In this document: positions 12,522-24,730 of the stretch, one piece after another
Numbering within the stretch: position 1 is the stretch's first letter
Layout of the letters: every line of letters begins with the position of its first letter
From: Eledone cirrhosa
Lineage: Eukaryota
Length of the DNA: 64,000 bases
Assembly (NCBI GenBank): GCA_964016885.1
Contig: OZ024741.1
Location: 146,320,001-146,384,000 of the forward strand
Direction: 5' to 3'
Notes under the pieces: generated by a model
What the model saw: the letters and a program-made list of their open reading frames with translations, nothing else
What the model was told of the DNA's origin: nothing
Databases searched by the model: none
Position numbers and translations under genes: made by a program

Positions 12522-15500
12522 TTACAGATACATACTCAGAATAGGCCCATTCACTCGGGCTATTCTTGCCTCTTTCACCCATCTTTCAACAAAAAGCTGG
12601 GAAGAGAGAACTTCCCTCTCTACCCTGATTTTCCTTTTCAAATGAAATGTGAAAAAGCTAATCAGGGCATCACCGAAGAGGTAAGTGCTCGTCTTCAGCC
12701 CTTTCAGACCCGTCCACCATACTATCTTTTTCACCATGGCCACCAGACAGATGAAAATTGCCTGCCCTTCCCGGCTAAAGGAAGAGGGCGGGGCAATCCT
12801 CACAATGGACTCAGCTGATAGTCGGATCCGTTCTACACATGACAGCAGGTGTTCAACATAAACCCACAAGTCAGCAATGCTCGGACATGGACGAGTGCAT
12901 GCACGATGGTTTCGTCACCCTGCGTGCATCTCGGACATGCCCGACTGACGGCACTACCATGCCTGTAGAGTTTATCTCGGTAGCGCTACCAAACCAGGGA
13001 TTTCTGGAAATTGTCCATAGGCCCCGGCCCGAAAGTTCTTCCGAAGAGATTGGCTAGTTGTTTCCCCAAGTACGTCGTCGGTCTTCCCCTCCACTAATCC
13101 TCTATAGTACGCCAAGGTGGAGTTTCCACCGATCACATTGCCCGACTGGTCGAGGGCTGTGAGCGCCTGAAGACATTCCAGTCTCCAAGTGCTCCCTCTC
13201 GGTCTTCACTTGACCCAGGACTGCAGCTGGGGAAAGACGCGTCTAGCAAACGGCGACCACATGTGATCACCGTCAAAGAAGAGATGGAGATGTCGTAGCC
13301 TGAACGCGTGTCTGCGCATCGTCAACCACGGCATGCCCAGCCCTCCACGTAGCGGGTGTTGACAGCAGATGGACTGCTTGACCATTGGAGCACGCCCCTT
13401 CCACAAAAGTGAGAGAGTAAACGCTCCAGCACAGTCAGGTGGGGCTTAGGACAAGGTACGATGGTCAGACGGTAGTAGATGACGGACGCGATGTACGCAT
13501 TCGCCACCTCCGCTCAACCTTTCTGGGATAGCTTCCTCTCGGACCATTTCTGGGTGAGAGAAGCCAACCTGCGCATCACCTCATCCCAGTTTTTGTCCGT
13601 CTGGAGGTCCACCGAACCGGACCTCTAGCAATTCAACCGGTCCATCCATCCAGCGCCTGACGATGCTGTTGGACGACATGGACCTGCCTCTCCAGGTGCC
13701 GAGCTGCATGCCCACTGACCTCTCCTGGTTGATCATTGCTCCTGTCACCGCTTCGTATTCTCTTAGTGTGTTGCCGATTGCCTCGATGTGTTTGGCATTC
13801 GACACCACTATGGTGACATCGTCCGCATATGCTGATACGGATCTTCCGCAACCTATTTTGCGCGGGACTCCCCTCAACGTCTCCAGTTTGTGCAGTAATG
13901 GCTCGAGAGTCAATACGTACAAGAGGGACGAGAGGGGACATCCTTGGCGGACCGAGTGCCTGATGTTGAACGGTTCTGGAAGGTGACCGTTCACTCTCAC
14001 CACAGAGCAGATGTCGTGGTGCATGGCAATGATCCAGCCTCCCAAGATGGGCCCAAACTAGCCGCCCTCAGGACTGTCACCAGATAACGATGGTCGACCC
14101 TATCGAATGTTTTCGACTGATCTAAATTGATCAAGGACCCACCCATGCAAGGTTCCCTAGCTACCCTCTCTACGATGTATCGCATGAGGTGGAGGTTGTC
14201 ATGGATGGATCTGTCTGGAATGGCGTATGTCTGCGCCTCTCCCACCAGACCACCAACGACAAGCGCCACCCTCTTTGCTAGCACCTTGGCCAAAATCTTG
14301 AACTCTGTTTAGCAGAGTTATGGGCCTGAAATTAACTATGTTAACCCCCTTGTTCGGATCCTTTCTCAGCACCGCCACCGCTCCTCGGCTCACAAAGTTG
14401 CAAATTCTCCCGTTCTGTTGCCAGTTGCAATAGACGTCCGCCAAGAGGCCTCCGAACAAGTCTGGCATCTGTACATAAAGTTCATAGGGCAGACCGTCCA
14501 AACTAGTCGATTTACCCCTTGTACAGCCAGTCATTGCCTCCCGTACTTCAGCGGCTGTTATCAGCTTTTCGCAACACTCCGCTCAGTGGCCGAGAGCCAC
14601 GGCAGTCCTTCGAGGTATTCATTAAAGTCCATCCCTCGATCCGGCCCACCGCTGCCCCTGAACAGCTGAGCGAAGTGTCGCTGAAAAGCTTCACACATTT
14701 TCCCGGGATAGAGTAGCATGCACCCGTCGTGGTCCACCAAAGACAGGATCGTGGAATTGTTGCCACGTCGCACCTCCGCCACCTGGGCCCATTGAACGGC
14801 TTTAGTTCCCTTGTGTCTGAGAGCATGCACCCTAGCTCTGACAATGCAACCTTCGTGCCTTGCATTGAAGAATTGGTCAAGTGCCAATTTCACCGCAAGT
14901 ATGTCGGTTGCGATGCCTTTGCTCAGCGCCTCATCTAATTTTCTAACTAGTTCTAACTTTTCTCTGCTCTATTTGTCTGTATTGCTAAAGCCTTACTAAA
15001 CCTAATGGGCTCTATTCTAATTGTTCTTTTCAGAGCAAACCACCACTTGTTGTTGACGATGGCCCCCGTCAACACCCGCGTAACTAGTTCACTAATCCGG
15101 TCTCTGTAGGCCTTGCGTGCTGTTAATGACGCGTTTAGCTTCCAGTAGCCGGGGCCTATCTAAGTCAACCACACAGATCACGAATTTGTGGTCCATGTAG
15201 CTGACTATCTTGAATTGTGGACAGCCTATGCTAGACCTATCTATTTCCCTACAAAATACTCTATATAGATATGATCTGTATGACCCGATGTGGTTTGTCC
15301 AAGTACACATTGGCACATTCCGAAATTCCAATCGGTAACTGTCAGACAGTTCAAAATGCCTGAGCAGGTTGGTGAGGCTCTTGCACCCTCCTCCCCTATC
15401 CGCTAGCCCCACACAATCCCAGCGTGCATCTAAGATCCCGTTCCAGTCGCCCACTAACACTAGAGAGCGGGACGTTCCAAAAGGTCTCCAGATGCCGGTG

Positions 15501-15839
15501 GATTCATGCCATCCTGCTCCTGTTGGCCACTAGCCTGAAAGCTTGTCCTTCTCTGCTGATCACATCCAGTACCACAAACTTAACCTCTGGTTCCAGAAAG
15601 ACGGCCCGTATCTCAAGATCCAGACTTCTCCGGAACAACACGGCCACTCCGCCCCAGATCTGGGATGGCTGGGAGATGTGTACACCTCGTAGCCGCCGAA
15701 AATGGGTGCGAATACCCGTACCTCGGAGATTCTGGTCTCGCTGATGGCCACCACATCTGAGATCATTCAGCAGGTGGCCCTGCTTCCAAGACGACCCCAG
15801 GCCACGTACATTTATGCTACCTATTCTGAGAGAAGCCAT
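12522..15839 (-). pseudogene. Tx1 ORF2: APE endonuclease + reverse transcriptase (frameshifted)
   Basis: SINVRGL, ISETR, GDWN, DHK (APE); DGLPYELY, NFRPITLLN, LDQSKTFDRVDH, SVRQGCPLS, AYADD, GGLGMP (RT); CPRC...HAL near 12890-12940. Confidence 0.9.
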
Positions 15840-16382
15840 GTTGGCTAGGATAGGAGGAAAACAAGTGAGAGGGGAGAGGTACAAAAAATTACAAAAAATT
15901 AGGAAGGGGCTGGGTGATCCATCCCTCCGACCATTGGTGGGTTTCTCCACAAGAATATCCGTGAATATTCTTTTGGTGATGTTCCCTTGGTAGTCTCCAA
16001 TTGATGTGGGGAACATTTTTTTTAATGTTATGTCATTTTTTTGGTGTAATTTCTATTATTTTTATGTGTGGGGTGCAATTTTGGTGGTTTCTACGTAGTT
16101 TGTTTCTGTGATGTTGGTGTGGTGTTGAATGTAATTTAAAAGCTTTGTGTTGTCTGTGTCTATGGCTGTGTATTGTGTCTGCTGTTGGGGTGTTGGTGCT
16201 TTCTGTGTTTGCTGTCATGTTGTTGGAGGTAATGATGGGGTAGATGCTAAGGGTGTTGGTGGTGTTGGTGGTGGTGGTGGTGATGGTGTAGGTGGTTGTG
16301 GGGTGGTGGCTGTTGATGGTGGTGGAGGAGGAGGGGTAGTTTTCATTTTCTTTTTTTTTAGGGTTCTTTCTTCCTCTTTTTT

Positions 16383-17658
16383 TTAGGGTTCTTTCTTTTT
16401 CTTTGGGGGGGGGTGAGGGTATGGATTTCTTCCTTTTTTTTGTTCTCCACTCTTGGCCTCATCGCACTCCTTGTCTGATTTAGCTATATCAGGAAGGGGT
16501 ATGCTTTCCATTGGTTCCGTGGGTGGTGGAAGAGATGGTGCATTTGTTGTTGGGGATGGTGATTTCTCTTCTGCCACTGTGGTCTTTGTTTGTTTGTCTG
16601 CTCCAGTTGCGGAGCACGGCGTGGGGAGAATGGTGTGGACGTGCCTGTTTTGGTAAGTTTGGGGCAGAATGCCTTAAGGCGCGTCTTGTGACCGCATCCA
16701 TGACACCTTGGGCGCCTACCTTCGACAGTCACGTGTAATGGCTGCCATCGTCCAGGTCTATTACATCGGGGATGGCCTCAACGCTTTCGTGGTTTGCTTG
16801 GATGATTAGCTCCATCCCCAACCCTGTCCAATTTTCCTTTCTTATTCGCATGACGTCATGTATGGTTGTTGAATCCTCAACGTCCACGAGGACAGCTCCT
16901 GAGGGCGGAACCTGGCCCATTCGAGCCCTCACGACTCTCTGGCCGCAGTATGTGGGCATCATTATGATATTGTCACTGAGCAGTGGCGCAGTGGAGTGTG
17001 CTCTGGCTTCTTCTGGTGTAGGGAAGAGCACATCCACAGTGCCATATCTCGATCCCCGGGCTATATATGTTTTCTGTGCCCAGACGGTGCCCATAGCTCT
17101 TTGGACCTGTGACCCCGTTGCTCGTTCAACTCGCCGCGATTTTGATCTGATCGTGCGATAACTGACCAAACACAAAAGGTTGTTTCTTATTATCTCAGCT
17201 GGGCGGGTGAGACTTACCCTGTGTCCGGTCTTTTTAACCAAGACCTTTGCTTGTTTTATCTCTTCGTTAGTGATGTGTACTTGTTCAAAATTGTTTGTCG
17301 CTTTAGCGAAAGACGTGTTTGTTTTGATTTGTGTTGATTCATCACTAGTTTTGTCTTTGTTGCTGTCATTGGTGTTTTTGTTTGTTTTTTTTCCTCTGTG
17401 TTGCTGCTATTATAGTTGCTGTTCTTTGGGTTCTTTATGGCTGTTGCTGTTGTTATTGTTGTTATTGGGGTGGTGGTGGTGGTGTTGTTTGATTTTTCTA
17501 ATGCAGGGAAGTTTTCGTTGTAATTCCCACTACTGCTACTACTGTTCCAGTGGCTGCTGCTGCTGCTGCTGTTGTCTTGTGATTGGGTGGAAATGGCTGT
17601 TCCACCCTCCGAACAACTCGCTGTTCCTCCCCGTGGACAATTTTTTTTTGTCCGCCAT
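16383..17658 (-). pseudogene. Tx1 ORF1 (gag-like, zinc knuckle), frameshifted
   Basis: ATG at 17658 (MADKKK), ORFs 16729..17241 and 16484..16732 with CHGCGHKTRLKAFC (CCHC spacing, H replaced by R), Pro/Lys-rich C-terminus. Confidence 0.7.
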
Positions 17659-17829
17659 GTTTTTTTGAAACAAAATTTTGGGTTTATGATTGTAAATAAA
17701 AGCAAATTTAGCCGTCAAGGGTGCGAGATACAGAGGGGTTCTTTAATAACACATAAAAATAACTCATACAAATTCAACTAACTTACTCCGTCATAGTTAC
17801 TGTGACTTATAATAATAAACAGCAGCAGC

Positions 17830-17866
<37 letters not shown>

Positions 17867-17877
17867 GTAATAATAAT

Positions 17878-18577
17878 TGGGAGCAGAAACCTCTGCATGG
17901 CAAATATGTGGCCCGTAGCAAACAAGCTGATGTTGACCAAAAGCACACCCATCAGTGGCTACGTAGTTCAGGGCTAAAGGTGGAGAGCGAAGGCTTCATC
18001 TTAGCTGCCCAAGATCAAAGCTTATTGACTCATAATTACCAGGCCAATGTGATGAGAAAAAGAAATAAACCCAAAGTGCCGATTCTGCAATGCTGGGGTT
18101 GAAACAGTGGATCACTTAGCCTCTGGATATAAAGTTTTAGTACCAGTAGAATACAAATATAGACATGACAGAGTTGGCCAATATCTACACTGGGTAATAT
18201 GTCGGCATTACAAAATCAAAGCTGAAGACAAGTGGTACAACCATCACCCTGAAGCTGTAACTGAAGGAGAACAAGTAACAATTCTCTGGGACTTTGCTGT
18301 ACATACTGACAGGACCATAAAAGCAAATAGACCTGACATCATTATAAAAGATCAACATAACAAGGTCTGTTTGTTGATAGATATGAGCATCCCATGTGAT
18401 CACAATATTGCGGCAAAAGAGTTTGACAAGCTACAAAAATATAAAGATCTGCTTATTGAAATTGAGAAAATGTGGCACCTCAAGGCAGTTACAATACCAG
18501 TGATTGTGGGAGGAGTGGGAATGATCAAGAAAGGAACAGAAGAATATTTGCAAATGATTCCTGGTTTAGCCTCTCTG
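17878..18577 (+). mobile_element. Dong/R4 family C fragment (3' end missing)
   Basis: WEQKPLHGKY...EGFILAAQDQSL, RHDRVGQYLHW, ANRPDIII...LIDMSIP...KLQKY. Confidence 0.88.
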
Positions 18578-19648
18578 AAATGGAATGTTGCTGAACAAAA
18601 AGAAATGGATAAGGAGACTAGGAAGCTAATGACTATCTACAACATGTTCCACAAGAGGAGTGATGTCGATAGACTCTACTTAAAGAGATCTGAAGGTGGA
18701 AGAGGTCTTATCAGTATAGAGGACTGTGTTCAGATGGAGAAAAACAACCTGCACAAATATGTGACTGACAGTAGGGAGCCAATGCTCAAAATTGTACTGA
18801 AGGAGAAGACAATAGTCCAGGGGATGTCCAAGGAGGAAATAACAACAAGGAGGAAGAGCAACCTTCAAGAAAAATCCCTTCATTAAAAAGAGGAGTCCTT
18901 AAAAAAGCTACAGAAGGAATGCTAATGGCTGCACAAGAGCAAGCCCTCAGAACGAAGTGGGTGAAACACCACATTGATAAGGAGGAGGCTAGCCCACTGT
19001 CTAGGATCTGTGGAGAGAGAGATGAGACTGTGGCTCACATTGTATCCAAGTGTAAACACCTAGCCCAGACTCACTATAAAGGCTGGAGACATGATGTGAT
19101 AGGCAGGGTGATTCATTGGCATCTATGCAAAGTAAACAATTTACCACATTCTGAGAAGAGGTATGAGCATAAACCAGAGTTGTGATAGAAAATGATCAGG
19201 TGAAGGTGCTATGGGATTTTAGGATACAGACAGACAAGAAATTAGAACACAATAGGCCTGACCTGGTGGTTTTGAACAAGGAAAAAAGATAGTGCCTGAT
19301 TGTAGATGTAGCCTGTCCCTTTGACATGAGAGCACAAGAAAAGGAGAGAGAGAAAATTAACCGATACCAGGACTTAAAGTGGGAGGTAAAAAGGATTTTG
19401 AACTGCCATGAGATCAAGGTCGTCCCGATTGTCATAGGATTACTAGATACTATCTCAAAGAGTTTTCACGGGTGGTTAAAGAAGATTAGTCCAGCCCCGC
19501 TTTTTGGAACACTTCAAAAGGCATGCTTGCTGGGAACAGCAAGAACCCTCCAATATGTCCTGAATGTCTGAGGCTGCAGGTAGTGGCTTGATATTCATTT
19601 CAACAAACTTTCCAGTTAAATAACATCAATGACTGAGACTCAAAGAAC

Positions 19649-19679
<31 letters not shown>

Positions 19680-19680
19680 T
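18574..19680 (+). mobile_element. Dong/R4 family A 3' portion with (TAA)n tail
   Basis: Near-identical to 725-1680 (-); AAQEQALRT, RICGERDETVAHIVSKC, RLE. Confidence 0.9.
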
Positions 19681-20095
19681 ATTCGTTCCAATGGACAAGA
19701 ATGTATCTACAAAACCATTTGAAAAATTGAGCAAGTATAAAGACCTGGAGATAGAAATTGGAAAAATGTAGAAGTTGAGAACTAAAACAATACCAATGGT
19801 TGTGGGCGCTCTAGAAATGATACCTAAGGGGTCTAATGATTACTTATCCCAAATCCCAGGAAACCCATATATAGAAGAAATACAAAAGATAGTACTAATG
19901 GGAACTGCCCATATACTAAGGAAGATTCTGTCAATATAAATACATCAAGGTCTAAACACCTAAAGATACATGTATGTGTGTATGTGTTCTTTCTTGAACA
20001 TGGCAGACCTTGATGTCTCTTGAGGTCACTGGTTGTGACTTGGTGATAACTTGTATGAACATAAAGCAAGATAAATGAAATAATAATAATAATAA
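19681..20095 (+). mobile_element. Dong/R4 family B 3' fragment with (TAA)n tail
   Basis: Near-identical to 37985-38390. Confidence 0.9.
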
Positions 20096-20540
20096 TTGTT
20101 TCTACTTTTGGCTCAAGGCCAGCAAATACCCAGTGTATTACTGGTACTTTATTTTATCGACCCCGTAAGGATAAAAGGCAAAGTTAACCTCGGCGGGATT
20201 TGAACTCAGACCATAAAGGGCCGTAACTCTTTGCTGCTCTTTATGTTCTGAGTTCAAATCCCGCCGAGATTAACTTTGTCTTTCATCCTTACAGGGTCAA
20301 TAAAATAAAGTACCAGTAATACACTTGGTAATTGCTGGCCTTGTGCCAAAACTAAATAGTAATTGTTTCTACATTTGGCAAAAGGCCAGGATTTACGCAG
20401 TACATTACTGGTACTTTATTTTATCAACCCCATAAGGATGGAAGGCAAAGTTAACCTCGGTGGGATTTGAACTCAGTCTGTAAAGGGACGTAACTATGCT
20501 GGAAAGCATGGCGTCGGACTCTCTATTGATACTGCCAATC
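20093..20540. mobile_element. Cluster of three Nin-domain SINEs (-, +, -)
   Basis: 20093-20230 (-), 20238-20352 (+), 20360-20540 (-). Confidence 0.88.
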
Positions 20541-20779
20541 CTTTCTCTTTGAGCTCCAATGTAAAAAAAAAAAGAATTGATTAATGGAATCTCAGTTTGA
20601 AAAATAGCAAGTCATAGCAATCTCAAAGGAAAGGCATTAATTTTAAGGTATTCGTGGTGGTATGAAGGAATTATTATATAATGTGTCAGCTACATTTAAT
20701 TGTAAACTGTGTACAGAGGGAGGAACAAACGAAGATGGTTTTGCACTGAATCTTAAAAATTGTGTGAAGATAGGTGTGA

Positions 20780-21270
20780 AAACATTTTGATTTTGTTACT
20801 ATAGAGACATGTTTGCGTATCAGATTCTGTGAATGTATTTAGAGAAAGATGTATGTAGCAGAAGTTCTGGGAACTGAGTAGTGTGCTATTGAGGAGAAGA
20901 GTATTGCTAAAACTGATTTATAAGAGTGAGACATGGGAGATGAATGTGGTGCAGCAGAGAAGGCTAGAAAGATTGAACATGAAAATGGTCCAGTGCATAA
21001 ATGGAGAATCTGCGAGAGAGAGAGGAAGATAAACTACAGATCGCAGAGGATGAAGGGAATAGAACCAGTGATAAATGTTGTGAAGAAAAATGGAATGATT
21101 TGGCTGGGCTATGTGTTGAGGAAGAGTGAAAGTGAAGAAATGAGAGGAGCAATGGAAATAAATCTGAAAGGAAGTAGAGAAAGGAGAAAACCAAAAAATA
21201 TATGGGTAAAGATGATGAAAAATAAAATGAAAGTTGGTGTGGGGTAATGCAGATGATTGTAGAAAATGGA
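20780..21270 (+). pseudogene. Old RTE-clade LINE 3' fragment
   Basis: ORF 20933..21247 WLGYVLRK...GSRERRKPKNIW resembles the RTE WFGHVxR...GxRxRGRP.xW motif. Confidence 0.65.
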
Positions 21271-21594
21271 ATTAACCCCCTGTTTTAGCTTGTTGTTGCT
21301 GTTAATATCAACTTAAATACATGTAATAGATGAACTATTTCTATGTTAATCATCATTTGAAATGTAACTGGAAAGTTCACATGTATATGAGACAAGATGG
21401 TTGACTTTTAGGAAAGGAAACATGCCAAGATTCAGTTTCCTAAAACATGTACCACAGTCCTGATCCTGTAATCATTTTCAGCCTGAGATCCAGTATGTGT
21501 TGGCAAGGGTGTATATAAAAATATACATCTTTTAAAACATTTTGAATACCTTATTTGTAATATAAATAATTGAGAAATTAGAGGTATTTAGAAA

Positions 21595-21784
21595 TAATTG
21601 TTTCTACGTTAGGCACAAGGCCAGCAATTACCCAGTGTATTACTGGTACTTTATTTTATCGACCCCGTAAGGATGAAAGGCAAAGTTAACCTCGGCGGGA
21701 TTTGAACTCAGAATGGCAAGGGCTGTAACTCTATGCGTCAAAGCATGGCATCCGACCCTCTACCAATACTGCCAATCCACCGCC
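21595..21784 (-). mobile_element. Nin-domain SINE with 14-bp TSD
   Basis: TSD TATTTAGAAATAAT at 21585-21598 and 21787-21800. Confidence 0.9.
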
Positions 21785-22580
21785 CTTATTTAGAAATAAT
21801 AACTAATTTTTCCATTAATGGGGTGATATTTGGAACATAGTTTAACAAAGGTTCTTACAAAGAATTATGACAGAAAGGTTTTCAATAAATATAAAAACTT
21901 AAAGATAACAGCTTGGTATTATAGAACCAAAGGTGGTTTCAAGTGGTTTGTTATCAGAAGAGTTAAAGGAAGTATGCCCCATTTATATTCTTTCCCTCAT
22001 AATGTGAAAGTTTCACAAAAAAAATATCTGAAAATCTTCATTTATTTTGGGGATCACTGTAATGACAGTAGGCTGTGGTATCACCAAAGAACTTTATAGA
22101 AATATGACTGTAACATTTTCCTCCCATATATGATTACAAAATATTTGTTTTACTGATCTAAGATATAAAGAAACATTTATTCCTTAAATGCAATAACTAT
22201 GACGTATTGGAATTTCCTCACAAAAATTATGGCCAACAATGTAAACAAAAATATTTTTTTGTAGACATATGAATGACACAGGCCCTACTCAGAATCTAAT
22301 TTTTAACCTCTAGAATCCATAATTTATCATTCTACTGTATATAGTTTGCATGGTAACATGTTCTTTCTTCTTTTTGCATCAGACCCTATTAATGTTATAT
22401 TGTACATTTTTGACATTTTATTGACTATCTGCCTAGCTATAAAGATATCCACTTAATTATATTTCATGCCCAACTACTCCAAAAAAATAATAGATAATGT
22501 GCATGTGTGTGTGTGCAATGCATGCTAGCATGAAAAATGAATGCAAAATGAAGATAATGATTATATATATATATATATAT

Positions 22581-22724
22581 AATGAGTACAGAATTAGCCG
22601 TCGAAACGGCTTGAGCTCAGCCGTCGGGGTCTTACTTGTTCCTATTACCCACTCTACTACCCTAAGTATTGAGTACTTTGGTGCGTTATGGTCCACCTGG
22701 TTCCTTACCACATTTCCTTCGTTA
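22581..22724 (+). mobile_element. Short Penelope-like 3' terminus in (TA)n with the 3' half of a hammerhead
   Basis: GAAACGGC-TTGAGCTCA-GCCGTC-GGGGTC; terminus GAGTACTYTGGTGCRTTATGGTCCA shared with 23990-24045 and 54840-54903. Confidence 0.55.
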
Positions 22725-23309
22725 TATATATATATATATATACATCCATGTATAAATGTGTGTATGTGTGTGCATAAATCACACTGCAGAATTTTTAAAA
22801 ATTCAACAGATATTTCCTTTAATTTTAATCTATTACTTGATACTAAGGAATGCAGGAAGCTTTTAAAATTTTTAGATATTTGCAAATATCTTGAAGCATT
22901 AGATTTGACATAAATGGATGCCCTTCCAGTTGCTAACCACTCAAATGTGAAGCAGCTTTGGTATTTATTTTCAGCTAGGCAGTAATCCTATTGACAAAAT
23001 GCAGGAAAAAAATTTAAATTAAAAATTATGTTAATCTATTGAAAAACTCCTAAAGTTCCATAGAATTCATATTTATTTTTGGAATTTGCAGTTTTAAGTG
23101 GTTGAGAGTTAAATCTTCTTTGGGCCAAGATGCTAGCCTATCACAAAAAGATTCCTCCTGAAAACGAACATAGTCAGGCATTTAAAATAAAGTGTCCTGC
23201 CAAAAATGCAATAAAAACTCTGCAGGAGATATAAACTCATGATTAGTGGACTGGTAGTTCAATATGACATACACTTAGCTGATTTATTATTATGTATTCA
23301 ATAATGATT

Positions 23310-23620
23310 GATGGTACATAGCTTAGTGGTCAGGCTGCTGGACTCACAATCTTAAGGTTGAGAGTTCAATTCTTGGACAGAGAAACCTGTTGTGTCCTTA
23401 GGCAAGACATTTTACCTATTATTACTCTAGACAATTTAGTTGGAAATAAATGAGTTGTTGAAAAATTGGTGCCAAGCTGTATTGTCCTTTACCTTTCCCT
23501 AGGGAAATATAGTTGACAAGGGGAGATTGCATGTATGGGTGACAGCTAATCTTTCAGAAAACACACTGCCCAGGTGGGTGACTTGAAAAGGCAAACCCAT
23601 GTCTAATCATGACCCAAGGG
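23310..23620 (+). mobile_element. Old Meta-like SINE
   Basis: TAGCTTAGTGG...GAGTTCAATTC...TTGTGTCCTTAGGCAAGACATTT. Confidence 0.65.
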
Positions 23621-23927
23621 GAACATTTATTTTTAGTCAATAGGTTGGAAATACAGCAACGACTAGTGGTAAATATATAATATTCTCTACTTTGGTATTG
23701 AGCACTTTTTCCTCATTTTTGTAAATGCAAACATATATATATATATATAGAAAGATAATTTGCTTCAAAATCACGTGGCGTATCTGCGGAACTTGCGAAT
23801 CCAGAGTCAGGTTCGATCCACTGACAGATCGCACTTCGAGCCGTTCGCCGGAGAAACAATTGTAATACGTAATAAATTGTGTCCCGATGCATCACTGATT
23901 TTTTGTTTTCCATTTTATATATATATA

Positions 23928-24040
23928 AATAGGAAAAAGTATGACCCCGACGGCAGAGCTCTGCCGTCGGGGTCATACTTTTTCCTATTGAGTACTCTGG
24001 TGCGTTATGGTCCATCTGGTTCCTTACCCCAATTCCTTTG

Positions 24041-24043
<3 letters not shown>
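23928..24043 (+). mobile_element. Penelope-like terminus with a perfect 62-bp fold-back palindrome
   Basis: AATAGGAAAAAGTATGACCCCGACGGCAGAG|CTCTGCCGTCGGGGTCATACTTTTTCCTATT (23928-23989); flanked by (TA)n. Confidence 0.7.
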
Positions 24044-24095
<52 letters not shown>

Positions 24096-24099
24096 TATA

Positions 24100-24730
24100 T
24101 CATCATCATCATCATTTAACATCCAATTTCCACACTAGCATTGGTTAGACAGATTCTCCTATTGAGGTAAGCTGGGTCAAGTGACAATGTCTTGCTCATA
24201 TAGAACTGATTCTGGCTAGATTTCTACAGCTGGATGTCCTATCTAACGCTAATGACAATTACAGTTTGTCCTGACTCCTACACAAACACTATATATATGT
24301 ATCACACAGGATCGAGATCTTTGGCATTATGCTGTAATACAGAGGATATGCCTTCCCATGTATACTGACTCAAACACACATCTTTTAGGCACCTCTTAAC
24401 TTCTATACTGCCTTTCATACACCACAACGACGCCCCTACACCCATCCTCATACTCCAGTCCACACCTATCTTGCATTGTAAAGTTATATTGGTATCACCA
24501 AAAGCATCCAGCCCACACTGTAGGGTGGTCATGTAGGTGCCATGACAAAAAGTACCCAGCCCATACTGTAAAGTGGTTGTGTAGGAGTCATGACAAAAAG
24601 CATCCAGCCAACAATGTAAAGTGGTTGTGTAGGAGTCAGCACACACTGCAAACATGGTTGGGATTAGGAAAGGCATCCAGCCATAGAAATTTAGCCGGAA
24701 ACAGTCCTATATGAGTAAGACATGGCTGCC
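24100..24730. mobile_element. Two RTE 3'UTR fragments, head to head (- then +)
   Basis: (CAT)n tail at 24100; ~42-bp repeats and TTAGGAAAGGCATCCAG at 24500-24690. Confidence 0.7.

Larger units (their letters stand above)
12271..17810 (-). mobile_element. Near-full-length Tx1/L1-clade non-LTR retrotransposon (~5.5 kb), inactive
   Basis: ORF1 remnant, low-complexity spacer, APE-RT-CCHC ORF2 remnant, AATAAA + (ATT)n tail; TAA repeats at both ends. Confidence 0.9.

Noticed and set aside
17790-17800. GTAACTATGAC on the - strand resembling the 28S rRNA region near the R2 site
   Set aside because: Only 11 nt, with no further rRNA similarity.
18107-18886. 259-aa ORF as a novel protein
   Set aside because: Chance in-frame fusion of two LINE fragments; reported as a junction finding instead.
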